From the NCBI GenBank assembly GCA_963715335.1, contig CAVQRZ010000026.1:32001-96000 (forward strand): a stretch of 64,000 nucleotides of DNA, given 5' to 3'. Both the position numbers and the translations under genes were made by a program. The stretch comes from an uncultured delta proteobacterium. GTDB lineage: Bacteria > Desulfobacterota > Desulfuromonadia > Desulfuromonadales > BM103. Shown in pieces: positions 9,814 to 20,047 of the stretch (position 1 is its first letter; every line of letters starts with the position of its first letter). Under the pieces are notes generated by a model. That model was not told where the DNA came from. It ran no database searches and saw only the letters and a program-made list of their open reading frames with translations.

Positions 9814-10329
9814 ATGACGTTACGCAATGGTGGAATATCTTTGACCGTGCCAGACGAGAAAACCCTTCGCCAGGAGGTTCAACTCGCCTGCTTCAGGATT
9901 GGTTCTGAGTTGTATGCCCTTGATATCATGAGAATCAAGGAGATCATTCGTCCTCAGAAGCTGACACCCATTCCCAAAGCTCCTTCCTTTATCGAAGGCG
10001 TTATCAATTTGCGCGGAGTCGTGATTCCGGTCGCTGACCTGCGCAAACGATTTGACCAGCCGATCAGCGAAGCAAACCGTAAAAACCGGATTGTGATCTG
10101 CTCCCTCATGGGCAGAATTATCGGCCTTATGGTTGATGAGGTCACCGAGGTGAAACGCTTCGGTCGCAAGGAAATAGCTCCAGCCCCTCAATTTATCAGC
10201 GGGCCCGAGGCGAGCTATTTTCTTGGTGTTGCGCGCCGGGATGAAGACCTGATCATGTTGATTGACCTGGAAAAAGTCCTTTCGACTGAAGAAAAAATTG
10301 AATTGCAGAAATTGAGTAAAATCCAATAG
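9814..10329 (+). CDS. cheW: CheW
   Basis: FRIGSELYALDI ... EGVINLRGVVIPVADLR ... GLMVDEV; start may be slightly downstream. Confidence 0.92.
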   Translation: MTLRNGGISLTVPDEKTLRQEVQLACFRIGSELYALDIMRIKEIIRPQKLTPIPKAPSFIEGVINLRGVVIPVADLRKRFDQPISEANRKNRIVICSLMGRIIGLMVDEVTEVKRFGRKEIAPAPQFISGPEASYFLGVARRDEDLIMLIDLEKVLSTEEKIELQKLSKIQ

Positions 10330-10387
10330 TGCGACTGGCTCATCCTGAAACATTTTGACCATGAGACGGTCGTTTTTTTGAGGTTCG

Positions 10388-11311
10388 TTGATGATTGTTA
10401 AGTGTCCATCCTGTGCTGCCCGGTTTCGCCTGGATCGTGAAAAATTAGCCGGAAAACGTGTCACTTTACGCTGTGCCCGCTGTCGTACCCCGTTCAGCGC
10501 CGAGTTGCCGCGGGTTGCTTCCGAACGACCAAAGCCCAGAGTGCGCGTCCTGATCGCCCATAGCGATCAGGAGTTGTGCGGCACGATCCATAACATTGTC
10601 GAGAGTGCCGGCTTTGAGGGCATTCTCCGCCACAACGGCGATGAAGTTCTTGCCGCTATGGATGCTTTGCGCCCACGGGTGGCGGTTGTCGATGTCGCGC
10701 TGCAGGGTTTGTATGCCTTTGAGGTTGTTGACAAGCTCAGGCGCAGGCCGGGTCTTGAAAATGTCAAAATAATCCTGCTCTCTTCGGTCTATAACAAGGC
10801 TGCGTACAAGCGGTCGCCGAGTTCGCTCTACGGAGCGGATGATTACATTGAAAAGCACCATATCCCGGATGATCTTGTGTTGAAGATCAACCGGTTGCTG
10901 GTTGATGCCGCACCGGCGACCGGCCCGGCTGTAAATGGCGAAACGGAGGCGGATGGCCGTCGGCTGTCATCTGCTGATGGCATAGAGCCGTCCCTTGATT
11001 TCATAAACACGGTCAACGAAAAGATTCAGTCTGCGGAACAACACGAAGTGTCCGCTGATGGTACAACGGAGCGTCAGCGCGCCGAACGCCTCGCCCGTAT
11101 TATCGTTTCGGATATATCTCTCTATTATCAGGAGCGAGTCGATGAGGGTATCCTGAAAGGCAACTGGTCGGAACTCCTGGCGAATGAGATCAAAGAGGCC
11201 AGGCGCCTGTTCAGCGAGCGGTTTCCGAACCCGCAGATACAGAACAGCAAGATTCTCGAGGCCGCCTTTCTCGATTTCCTGGAAAAACGAAGTCGTGAAC
11301 TGGGTGTCTGA
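10388..11311 (+). CDS. MJ0042-type zinc-ribbon + receiver domain protein
   Basis: CPSC ... CARC N-terminus; receiver-like VVDVALQGLYAFEV; C-terminal helical AERLARIIVSDISLY; ATG at 10391. Confidence 0.82.
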   Translation: MMIVKCPSCAARFRLDREKLAGKRVTLRCARCRTPFSAELPRVASERPKPRVRVLIAHSDQELCGTIHNIVESAGFEGILRHNGDEVLAAMDALRPRVAVVDVALQGLYAFEVVDKLRRRPGLENVKIILLSSVYNKAAYKRSPSSLYGADDYIEKHHIPDDLVLKINRLLVDAAPATGPAVNGETEADGRRLSSADGIEPSLDFINTVNEKIQSAEQHEVSADGTTERQRAERLARIIVSDISLYYQERVDEGILKGNWSELLANEIKEARRLFSERFPNPQIQNSKILEAAFLDFLEKRSRELGV

Positions 11312-11331
11312 ACAGAAGGCAGGGATGAACA

Positions 11332-13341
11332 GTGAGCACTATTGAACAGATAAGCGATGCATTGAATTCGCCGGATGAGGAGACTCGTTTACGGGGCCTG
11401 CGTGATTTGGCCGACAGCAACTCCAGCGAAGGACTCGATCTTGTATTCAAGGCGTTCGGGGATGAGAGCTGGCGGGTTCGAAAGCAGTCTATTGATCTCT
11501 TCCTGAGCATGCCGGTCAGCAGAGAAATGGTCGGCGAAGTTATCGAGCTTCTGCATGCCGAAGAGAATGCCGGTTTACGCAATGCCGGAGTTGAAATCCT
11601 CAGCCGGATGGGGCGGAGTACCGTGCCGATGTTGATTGAGCACGCCAGATGTCCGGACCAGGATGTGCGCAAGTTTATCATTGATGTCCTTGGAGATATT
11701 GCCGCACCGGAAGCTGTTCCGGTTCTGACTCTTGGCCTCGAGGACTCAGACAGCAATGTCAGGGCTGCTGCTGCCGAAAACCTCGGCAAGTTAAAAACCA
11801 GGGAAGCAGTACCGGCCTTGCTCAGAGCTATGCATTTGCCGGATCTGCTGCTTCAATTTACGATTCTCGACGCCTTGAGCCGGATCGCTGCACCTGTCCC
11901 TCTCTCTGAACTCCTCCCCTACAAAGATGAGAAGTTGCTTCGTAAGGCATTGATTGATTGTCTGGGCAAGGCAGGCGATGCATCCGCGGTCCCCGAACTG
12001 GTCGGTGCATTGACTGACCCAATGCGAAACGTTCGTGAATCTGCCATCCTGGCTGTTGTGGAAATTTATAATCGACACCCTGCAGAAATCAGAAAGGCAC
12101 TGTCAGCATGTGAAAAAGGACCTGTGTCAATGACGGTTAGCGGGTACCTCGATGAAGAATACAACGATGCCCTGAAACGGGCATCGATTAAGATTCTCGG
12201 TTGGTTGGCAGCAGCAGATGCTGTCGAGCAACTATTAAGTCTGCTTGATTTTGAAACGCTGCAACAGACCGCACTTGATGCCATGATCGATATCGGTCGT
12301 GCCAACCCGCAGATATTACTTGACACATGGGCTGGTGTAAGTGGCCCCCGCCGTGCTTATCTTGCCTACATCCTTGGTGAGGCAGAATGTGCAGATGCTC
12401 TGTCGCTGTTAGAGGGTGCGCTGGAGGATGAGGATATGCAGGTCGTATGCATGGCCGTGCATGCCCTGGGCAAGATCGGTTCTGCCGCTACGCTGCCGGG
12501 ATTGGTTGCATGTCTGCAGAGCGGTGATAGCGAAGTTCGAACCGCTGCATCACAGGCTTTGACCTCTCTGGGAGAGAAATGCCCCGATGAAACATTTTCT
12601 GCCATACAGCCATTGCTAAGTCATGCCGATGCCGTGCAGAGGGAGCTGGCCGTTGTCGTGCTCAGAGAACTCGATAACCCGTCCGTTCTGAAGGCCTTGA
12701 GCCTTGCGCTGAAAGACTCCGCAGCTGAAGTCAGAAGGGCGGCAATCAGGGTCTTTGAACGTTACGACATCACCGAGCATATCAGCACACTGTTGCTGGC
12801 CCTGACCGATGAGGACGCCGAGATTAGAAGGACCGTCGTGGATGTTCTGGCCAATTGCAACAACGAGAGCGTCCTCGACGGTTTGCAACTGGCCTTGCAG
12901 GATGAGGACATCTGGGTTCGTTCTGCGGCTGTGCGTGGTCTGGGAAGGATCGCCGATGATCGCAGTCGCGGTCTTGTGGAGCAGGCCCTCACGGATCCGG
13001 TCGGGCTCGTGAGCATTGCCGCGCTGGAAACGCTCGCCCACCTGTCCGGTGCTTGTGCCCTGCCGCAGATGATTTCTGCTCTGGACCATCATGATGAAGA
13101 GGTGGTTACGGCCGCTATGAACCTTCTGACCAGCCACGGTGCTGGAGACTGGGTACATGCCCATGCTGAGAGACTGATCAATCATTCTTTCTGGGTCGTC
13201 CGCGCACAAATCGCGCGGAGTGCTTCAGAAGTCCTTGGTGCTGGGGCCAGATCCCTGCTCGAGCGTCGTCTGGAAATTGAGGCCGAAGAAGTCGTCCGCC
13301 AGCAATTGGCCGACATCCTGGCCGGGTTACCCATCGAGTAA
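11332..13341 (+). CDS. HEAT-repeat (PBS lyase-like) protein
   Basis: Many L-x-D-x3-VR-x2-A-x2-ALG units across 669 aa. Confidence 0.9.
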   Translation: MSTIEQISDALNSPDEETRLRGLRDLADSNSSEGLDLVFKAFGDESWRVRKQSIDLFLSMPVSREMVGEVIELLHAEENAGLRNAGVEILSRMGRSTVPMLIEHARCPDQDVRKFIIDVLGDIAAPEAVPVLTLGLEDSDSNVRAAAAENLGKLKTREAVPALLRAMHLPDLLLQFTILDALSRIAAPVPLSELLPYKDEKLLRKALIDCLGKAGDASAVPELVGALTDPMRNVRESAILAVVEIYNRHPAEIRKALSACEKGPVSMTVSGYLDEEYNDALKRASIKILGWLAAADAVEQLLSLLDFETLQQTALDAMIDIGRANPQILLDTWAGVSGPRRAYLAYILGEAECADALSLLEGALEDEDMQVVCMAVHALGKIGSAATLPGLVACLQSGDSEVRTAASQALTSLGEKCPDETFSAIQPLLSHADAVQRELAVVVLRELDNPSVLKALSLALKDSAAEVRRAAIRVFERYDITEHISTLLLALTDEDAEIRRTVVDVLANCNNESVLDGLQLALQDEDIWVRSAAVRGLGRIADDRSRGLVEQALTDPVGLVSIAALETLAHLSGACALPQMISALDHHDEEVVTAAMNLLTSHGAGDWVHAHAERLINHSFWVVRAQIARSASEVLGAGARSLLERRLEIEAEEVVRQQLADILAGLPIE

Positions 13342-13349
13342 TGTCATAA

Positions 13350-14225
13350 ATGTTATTTGCCACCCCTGACATAAAGATGGATCCGGATGAATTTCGCCTG
13401 CTGCGTGACTTCGTTTATCAACATTGCGGGTTGAATTTCACCGAAGATTCCAAATACCTGCTCGAAAAACGTCTGGGTAAGAGAGTTCACCAGCATAACC
13501 TGAAGAGCTTTAAGGATTACTATTACTTCTTGCGGTATAACCAGAATAAAGACCAGGAGATGTCAGAGGTCATCGATCAGCTGACTACCAACGAAACCTA
13601 TTTTTTCCGTGAAGATTTCCAACTGCGCACATTCGTAGAGGATATCCTGCCGGAAATACGCAAACGCAAAGAGCAGGAAGGCAAGCAGACGCTGCGGATC
13701 TGGAGTGCGGGCTGTTCGTCGGGTGAAGAGCCGTACACCATCGCCATGTTGTTGCTCAACCAACCATGGTTGAGGTCGTGGCGGGTGGAAGTGATTGGTA
13801 CGGACATCAGCCAGCGGGTTTTGCACATGGCGCGCGAGGGGCTGTACGGCGACGCCTCGTTCAGAAGTACAGACGACGTGCAGAAGCGCCGTTTTTTTAC
13901 GGAGCATGGGGGCAAATATCGCGTCAATGATGAAGTCAGAAATCTTGTGTCAATCAGTCATCTCAACCTTTTTGACGTGTCCCGAATTGCCCTGTTGGGA
14001 AAAATGGATGTGATTTTCTGTCGCAACGTGATCATCTATTTCGATCAGGCCGGGAAAAAGAAGGCCATTGAAAGTTTTTTCCAACGACTGGACCCGGAAG
14101 GGTTCCTGCTGCTCGGACACTCTGAATCGCTGATCAACCTCAGTACCTCTTTCCGACTCAGACATTTCCAGCACGACATGGTGTACCAGAAACCCTCTGC
14201 CAGCACCTCAATTGGGGGTCTGTGA
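13350..14225 (+). CDS. cheR: Chemotaxis methyltransferase CheR
   Basis: TTNETYFFRE, IWSAGCSSGEEPYTIAM, DVIFCRNVIIYF, GFLLLGHSESL. Confidence 0.96.
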   Translation: MLFATPDIKMDPDEFRLLRDFVYQHCGLNFTEDSKYLLEKRLGKRVHQHNLKSFKDYYYFLRYNQNKDQEMSEVIDQLTTNETYFFREDFQLRTFVEDILPEIRKRKEQEGKQTLRIWSAGCSSGEEPYTIAMLLLNQPWLRSWRVEVIGTDISQRVLHMAREGLYGDASFRSTDDVQKRRFFTEHGGKYRVNDEVRNLVSISHLNLFDVSRIALLGKMDVIFCRNVIIYFDQAGKKKAIESFFQRLDPEGFLLLGHSESLINLSTSFRLRHFQHDMVYQKPSASTSIGGL

Positions 14226-15301
14226 TGACTTCGGGCAGGGTCAGAGTCCTGGTGGTTGACGATTCAGCTTTCAACCGGCGCACAATTGTCAAGATGCTTG
14301 AATCGCTCCCCAATGTCGAGGTTGTCGGTTATGCCTGCGACGGTGAAGAGGGTCTGCGTAAGGTGATCGATTTGCGTCCGGATCTGATTACGCTCGATCT
14401 GGAAATGCCGCGTATGGATGGCTTCACTCTGCTGCGCATCGTCATGCAAAAGCAGCCGACGCCGATTATAGTCGTGTCCTCCCGCGCCGATGATGAGAAT
14501 GTCTTCAAGGCCCTCGATCTGGGTGCGGTCGAATTTGTCCCGAAACCGTCTTCCAGCGTGTCGCCGGTTTTAATGGATATCCGAGAAGAACTTCTCAGCA
14601 AAGTCCGTGAGGTAACGTCCGCTAATCTGAAAAATGTCATGGCGCGGGCCGAAAATGCGATTAAGGCGCAAAACCTTGTCGTGAAGTCGACTTCCAGGAA
14701 AAAGAAAACCACCAAAGCGACAAGTTCTGACTACCAGATGGTGGTGATTGGCTCATCGACCGGAGGTCCTCCGGCATTGCAGAATATCTTTTCTGCCATC
14801 CAGGAAGAAATTCCGGTTGCCTTTGCCGTCGCCCAGCATATGCCTCCGGATTTCACCCGGGCTTTTGCCGAAAGGCTTAACCGTTTTTCTGCCTTGACCA
14901 TTCGCGAGGCGGAAGATGGTGATCTGGTGAAACCGGGACAGGTTCTCATTGCTCCCGGCGGGAAAAACCTTGAATTCCTTGCGAAAGACAATGAGATCAT
15001 CGCCAAGGTCTCAGGGCCAGAAGGTCACCAGCGGTATTTACCCTCGGTAGACATGCTTTTTGCCAGTTCTGCCGAAATATTCGGTGATCGAGTCCTCGGT
15101 GTTGTCCTGACCGGAATGGGTAACGACGGAGCCATGGGAACTCGGGCAATCAAGTCTGCCGGTGGAAGCGTTTTTGCCGAGGCCGAGGAAAGCTGTGTGG
15201 TTTTCGGCATGCCCAAAGAAGCAATTGCCACCGGGCTGGTTGACCGGATTGTTCCATTACCGTCGGTCTGTAAGGAAATCCTGCAGTATTGCGGGTATTA
15301 A
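14222..15301 (+). CDS. cheB: Chemotaxis methylesterase CheB with receiver domain
   Basis: Receiver TLDLEMP; catalytic GSSTGGP, QHMPP, LTGMGNDG. Confidence 0.96.
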   Translation: MMTSGRVRVLVVDDSAFNRRTIVKMLESLPNVEVVGYACDGEEGLRKVIDLRPDLITLDLEMPRMDGFTLLRIVMQKQPTPIIVVSSRADDENVFKALDLGAVEFVPKPSSSVSPVLMDIREELLSKVREVTSANLKNVMARAENAIKAQNLVVKSTSRKKKTTKATSSDYQMVVIGSSTGGPPALQNIFSAIQEEIPVAFAVAQHMPPDFTRAFAERLNRFSALTIREAEDGDLVKPGQVLIAPGGKNLEFLAKDNEIIAKVSGPEGHQRYLPSVDMLFASSAEIFGDRVLGVVLTGMGNDGAMGTRAIKSAGGSVFAEAEESCVVFGMPKEAIATGLVDRIVPLPSVCKEILQYCGY

Positions 15302-15373
15302 CGCTGGATATTTTTCCACAGGATTGTTATTATTTTGAGGTTTTGACTGTGAATCTTTCACGAGGAGCAGGAC

Positions 15374-16204
15374 ATGAGTCATAGCGACGAAGAAAAAGAT
15401 ACTGTCTCGCGTGCAGATGATTTTCTGCAGATGTTCAAAAAAGGGGCTGAGTTCACTCAGGACCTGCTCAAGGAGAACGAGCGGTTGAGGTTTCGCATCG
15501 TCAAGCTTGAGGAGTCGATGAAAGAGCAAGGCCACGGAATTTGCTCTGAAACAGCTGACACCCTTGAATTGAAGAAAAAGATCGAAGCGCTGGAACTGGA
15601 AAAGGAGGAAATTCTCGGCCGGATCAAGACGGTTGAAGAGGAAAACCAAAGTTTTGCGAACCGCTACGTTGAGATTGAAGAAGAAAACAACATGCTCGCC
15701 AATCTCTACATCGCGTCCTACCAGTTGCACTCAACATTGGACTTCAAAGAGGTTTTGCAGATAATCCTGGAAATAGTTATCAATCTGATCGGTGCAGAAG
15801 AGTTCGGCGTATTGCTGCTTGATGAAAAGACCAACCGCCTCGAACCTGTTGCCAGCGAAGGCGTTGAGACTTCCGAGCTGCCTTCGATAGCTGTTGGTAA
15901 AGGGATTATCGGAGAATCGGTCAAGACCGGCGAAAACTATTTCATCGAAACGATGGAGGGTTACCAGCGTGATTTTGCAAAGCCGATCGTTTGCATCCCT
16001 TTGAAAATCAAGGAACATGTTATCGGTGTGATCGTGATCTACACGCTTCTGGTCCAGAAGGACCAATTTAACAATGTTGACTATGAACTTTTCACCCTGC
16101 TGGCCGGCCATGCAGCTACGGCGGTCTTCTCGTCGCGGCTCTACTCCGATTCAGAGCGTAAGCTTTCGACCATCCAGGGCTTTATTGACTTGTTGACCAA
16201 GTAG
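15374..16204 (+). CDS. Coiled-coil + GAF domain protein
   Basis: Charged heptad N-terminal half; GAF STLDFKEVLQIILE ... CIPLKIKEHVIGVI; SD gaggag at 15362. Confidence 0.82.
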   Translation: MSHSDEEKDTVSRADDFLQMFKKGAEFTQDLLKENERLRFRIVKLEESMKEQGHGICSETADTLELKKKIEALELEKEEILGRIKTVEEENQSFANRYVEIEEENNMLANLYIASYQLHSTLDFKEVLQIILEIVINLIGAEEFGVLLLDEKTNRLEPVASEGVETSELPSIAVGKGIIGESVKTGENYFIETMEGYQRDFAKPIVCIPLKIKEHVIGVIVIYTLLVQKDQFNNVDYELFTLLAGHAATAVFSSRLYSDSERKLSTIQGFIDLLTK

Positions 16205-16220
16205 AACGGGGAGAGATTTC

Positions 16221-16595
16221 ATGACCGGCTATAAAGTTCTTGTTGTTGAAGACTCACCCACCATGCGGCAGTTGATTGTTTTTGCCTTGAAGCGGATTCG
16301 TGGCTTCCAGATTGTGGAAGCCAATGATGGTGTGGATGGTTTGAAAAAACTCAGTGCTGACAAGTTTGACCTGATCCTCACTGATATCAATATGCCGATC
16401 ATGGACGGCTTGAAGCTGGTGAGTATGGTGCGTAACGACCCACACTACAAGGAAACTCCGATTATCGTAATTACCACCGAAGGGGCAACCGAGGACCGTG
16501 AAAGGGCCCTTGCTCTGGGGGCCAATGAATACATCACCAAGCCGATCCAGACTACGCAGATACTGGAGACGGTTAAAAAATTAATGAATCTTTGA
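16221..16595 (+). CDS. cheY: Single-domain response regulator, CheY-like
   Basis: VVEDSPTMR, TDINMPIMDGL, ITKP; visibly paralogous to 5415..5783. Confidence 0.85.
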   Translation: MTGYKVLVVEDSPTMRQLIVFALKRIRGFQIVEANDGVDGLKKLSADKFDLILTDINMPIMDGLKLVSMVRNDPHYKETPIIVITTEGATEDRERALALGANEYITKPIQTTQILETVKKLMNL

Positions 16596-16625
16596 TTTAT
16601 AGCCAACGTAAAGCAGGAGGTTAGA

Positions 16626-16844
16626 TTGTCTAAAGAAGAAGCGATTGAAGTTGAAGGAAGCGTGATAGAACCTTTGCCTAACGCGATGTTCAAGGTTGAA
16701 CTCGACAACGGGCATGTCGTTCTGGCACACATCTCTGGCAAGATGCGTAAATATTATATCCGTATTTTGCCCGGAGACCGGGTCACAGTTGAACTCTCGC
16801 CCTATGATCTCAGCCGCGGCCGGATTACATATCGCGCCAAGTAA
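16626..16844 (+). CDS. infA: Translation initiation factor IF-1
   Basis: [25 protein letters not shown] ... [16 protein letters not shown] start after SD aggagg. Confidence 0.97.
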   Translation: MSKEEAIEVEGSVIEPLPNAMFKVELDNGHVVLAHISGKMRKYYIRILPGDRVTVELSPYDLSRGRITYRAK

Positions 16845-16904
16845 ACTGGTTGCAGGCGGCCTTTGCAGTCGTGTGATTGCCTGCCGCTGTCATGTCCATG
16901 AGAT

Positions 16905-16924
16905 AACCGGCTTATGCCGGTTTT
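16905..16924 (+). terminator. Possible weak intrinsic terminator between infA and leuS
   Basis: aaccggc-ttat-gccggtt followed by a short T run. Confidence 0.4.
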
Positions 16925-16959
16925 CATGTTTCAGGTTGTGATGTCAGTTTGGAGGATGT

Positions 16960-19521
16960 ATGCAGGAACGTTATAACCCTCTGGGAATCGAAAAGGTCTG
17001 GCAGGAACACTGGTCATCTACCCAGCCCTGGAAGGTGTCCGAGGTTCATGACAGACCGAAATATTACCTGCTGGAGATGTTCCCTTATCCGTCAGGACGG
17101 ATCCATATGGGGCACGTCCGGAATTACTCGATAGGCGATGTCGTCGCCCGTTTCAAGCGACTGCAGGGATTCAATGTCCTGCATCCGATGGGATGGGACG
17201 CTTTCGGCATGCCGGCGGAAAATGCGGCGATCCAACATGGCACGCACCCTGCGGTCTGGACTCGGGAAAATATCGCGAATATGCGCACCCAGCTCAAACG
17301 CATGGGGCTTTCGTATGACTGGGACAGAGAGTTGGCTACCTGCAATGCCGATTACTATCGCTGGGAGCAGCTGATTTTTCTAAGAATGCTGGAGAAAGGC
17401 CTGGCTTACAAGAAAAGCGCCGCTGTGAACTGGTGCCCTGAATGTGAGACGGTCCTGGCAAACGAACAGGTTGAGGAGGAATGTTGCTGGCGTTGTGACA
17501 ACAAGGTCGTGCAGAAAGAGCTCGACCAGTGGTTTTTCAAGATCACTCAGTACGCTGAAGAACTCCTCGAGTGGACCGAGCGGATGCCAGGCTGGCCGGA
17601 ATCAGTTCTGACCATGCAGCGCAACTGGATCGGTAAGAGTAACGGTTGTGAAATCGACTTTTCGGTCCATGGCAGCGAGGCAAAGATCCGGGTTTTCACG
17701 ACTCGCCCTGATACCCTGTTTGGGGCGACTTTCATGAGCCTGGCACCTGAGCACCCGATGGCGAAAACTCTCACTGTCCCTGAACGCTGTCGTGAAATCG
17801 AAGCGTTCATCAGTAAGGTTCAGTCGGTCGATCAGGCCCAGCGCACCAGTGACGATTACGAAAAAGAGGGCGTTTTTACCGGCTCTTACTGCATCAACCC
17901 CGTCAACGGGGTGAAGATTCCGGTATTCCTGGGCAATTTTGTTCTCATGGGTTATGGCACCGGTGCAGTTATGGCGGTCCCTGCACATGACCAGCGTGAT
18001 TTCGAGTTCGCCCGCAAATATGACCTGCCTGTCCAGGTGGTCATCCAGCCTGAAGGGGATGCTCTCGACCCTGCGGGGATGACCGAGGCCTGGACCGGTC
18101 CCGGAAGGATGGTCAACTCCGGGGCTTTCGACGGTCTCGATCATGAGACCGGCAAAACAAAGATTACGGAATTCCTTGTAAGCAGAGGCACTGGTGAAAG
18201 CTCTGTCAACTTCAGGATCCGGGACTGGCTGGTCTCCAGGCAGCGTTATTGGGGAACCCCGATTCCGGTGATCTATTGTGATGATTGTGGCGCAGTTCCG
18301 GTACCCGATCAGGACCTGCCGGTTGAGTTGCCGACCGATATCGAGTTCAGTGGCGAGGGGGGTAGCCCTCTGGCCAGGCTCGAATCTTTTGTCAACACAA
18401 AATGCCCGAAATGTGGCAAGGCAGCACGACGTGAGACGGATACCTTTGACACGTTCGTCGAAAGCTCCTGGTATTTCATGCGTTATGCCAGCCCGAAACA
18501 TGATGTGGCGCCTGTCGATCGTGGCGCCGTTGAATACTGGATGCCTGTAGATCAGTACATCGGCGGTGTCGAACATGCTGTCCTGCATCTACTGTACGCC
18601 AGATTCTGGACGAAGATCATGCGAGACCTGGGCATGGTCTCTTTTGCTGAGCCATTTGAGAACCTGTTGACCCAGGGAATGGTCTGCATGGAGACCAAGT
18701 CCTGTCCGGAACACGGCTGGCTTTACCCTGAAGAGATTGATAACGGTCTTTGCACCCGTTGCCAGAGTGCCGTCGTCTCCGGTCGCAACGAGAAGATGAG
18801 CAAGTCGAAGAAGAATGTTATCGACCCGGATGGCCTGATCAACCGGTTTGGCGCCGATACGGCGCGCCTCTTTACTCTGTTTGCGGCCCCCCCTGAAAAG
18901 GACCTCGAATGGAATGAGCAGGGCGTTGAGGGCTGTTTCCGCTTTCTCAACCGGGTGTGGCGGCTGGTCTACGAGAACCTGCCGGTTATCAAGGGCGCCT
19001 CTGCTGTAAATGCTGAACAACTTAGCCCTGAAGCCCGCGGGCTTCGCCGCCAGGTTCATCGCACAATCAAGAAGGTCACGGAAGATATTGACGGCAGCTT
19101 CCATTTCAATACGGCTATTGCTGCAGTCATGGAACTGGTTAACGCAATCTCCGTGTTCCCTGGCAAGGAGTCTGCGCCCGAAGTCCTGCGTGAGGCCATT
19201 GAGTCTGTCGTTCGCCTCCTTTCCCCATTTGTTCCGCATATATGTGAAGAATTATGGCGGAACCTGGGTTATGATGAGTCCTTGGAAAAAAGTCGCTGGC
19301 CGGTCTGGGATGAAAACGCCCTGGCCGCAGAGACCCTGTTGATTGTTGTTCAGGTTAATGGCAAAGTTCGTGGTAAGGTGACCGTACCGGCAGACGCAGA
19401 GACGGATGCTGTTGAAGCTGCGGCCCTGGCTGACGCAAATGTCGTCCGCTTTACAGAGGGGAAAACCGTTCGCAAAGTCATTGTCGTGCCTGGCCGGTTG
19501 GTCAATGTGGTCATAGGGTGA
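16960..19521 (+). CDS. leuS: Leucine--tRNA ligase
   Basis: [13 protein letters not shown], editing [17 protein letters not shown]-terminal VQVNGKVRG. Confidence 0.98.
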   Translation: MQERYNPLGIEKVWQEHWSSTQPWKVSEVHDRPKYYLLEMFPYPSGRIHMGHVRNYSIGDVVARFKRLQGFNVLHPMGWDAFGMPAENAAIQHGTHPAVWTRENIANMRTQLKRMGLSYDWDRELATCNADYYRWEQLIFLRMLEKGLAYKKSAAVNWCPECETVLANEQVEEECCWRCDNKVVQKELDQWFFKITQYAEELLEWTERMPGWPESVLTMQRNWIGKSNGCEIDFSVHGSEAKIRVFTTRPDTLFGATFMSLAPEHPMAKTLTVPERCREIEAFISKVQSVDQAQRTSDDYEKEGVFTGSYCINPVNGVKIPVFLGNFVLMGYGTGAVMAVPAHDQRDFEFARKYDLPVQVVIQPEGDALDPAGMTEAWTGPGRMVNSGAFDGLDHETGKTKITEFLVSRGTGESSVNFRIRDWLVSRQRYWGTPIPVIYCDDCGAVPVPDQDLPVELPTDIEFSGEGGSPLARLESFVNTKCPKCGKAARRETDTFDTFVESSWYFMRYASPKHDVAPVDRGAVEYWMPVDQYIGGVEHAVLHLLYARFWTKIMRDLGMVSFAEPFENLLTQGMVCMETKSCPEHGWLYPEEIDNGLCTRCQSAVVSGRNEKMSKSKKNVIDPDGLINRFGADTARLFTLFAAPPEKDLEWNEQGVEGCFRFLNRVWRLVYENLPVIKGASAVNAEQLSPEARGLRRQVHRTIKKVTEDIDGSFHFNTAIAAVMELVNAISVFPGKESAPEVLREAIESVVRLLSPFVPHICEELWRNLGYDESLEKSRWPVWDENALAAETLLIVVQVNGKVRGKVTVPADAETDAVEAAALADANVVRFTEGKTVRKVIVVPGRLVNVVIG

Positions 19522-20033
19522 GAAAAATGCGTGGACTGCTGATTCTGTTGGCTCTGCTTGTTTCAGGATGTGGATACCACGTGCCCGGCGCATCTGACGC
19601 CTGGGTAGGTGGGGATGCGCGGCTCGTATATGTCCGGCTGTTTGAAAATACGACGGCACAGCCGTACCTGGATAATTACATGACCGATGCTCTGGTTGAA
19701 GAGCTCTCCAGGGCAAGGCTTTTTGACCTCACCGAAAATGCCGATGCTGCGGAAGTGCTGATTGGCGGGACCGTTGATAACTTTACCAGTAGCGCGATAT
19801 CCTACAGTTCGACGGACACCATTACTGACTACCGTGCAACCATGGGAATTACTGTTCAGTTGTTAAAGAACGGTAACGGTCAGATCTTGTGGCAGGAAAA
19901 AATGAGCCGCAGCGAAGACTACAGCGCAGCCGTCAACAAAAACCTGCAGCTGGAGGGGGAGCGGCTGGCCGCGAGACAGGTCGCCAGGCGACTCGCCGAG
20001 GATATCCGTGCCCAACTTTTGAATAACTTCTGA
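19518..20033 (+). CDS. lptE: LptE-family lipoprotein
   Basis: Lipobox LVSGC-GY; canonical leuS-lptE-holA order. Confidence 0.82.
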   Translation: MRKMRGLLILLALLVSGCGYHVPGASDAWVGGDARLVYVRLFENTTAQPYLDNYMTDALVEELSRARLFDLTENADAAEVLIGGTVDNFTSSAISYSSTDTITDYRATMGITVQLLKNGNGQILWQEKMSRSEDYSAAVNKNLQLEGERLAARQVARRLAEDIRAQLLNNF

Positions 20034-20047
20034 AGCAACAACCGACA

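Noticed and set aside
10355..10379. Terminator inside the che cluster (gacc-atgagac-ggtc then T7)
   Set aside because: Only a 4-bp stem; too weak to call.
15312..15320. DnaA-box-like TTTTCCACA
   Set aside because: Single imperfect box inside an operon; no box cluster, so not oriC.
17602..19239. Long antisense ORFs (also 28087..28902, 29330..30292 on +, 41855..42694, 48859..49923, 60099..60860)
   Set aside because: They lie opposite well-conserved genes and carry no motifs; expected shadows of codon bias.
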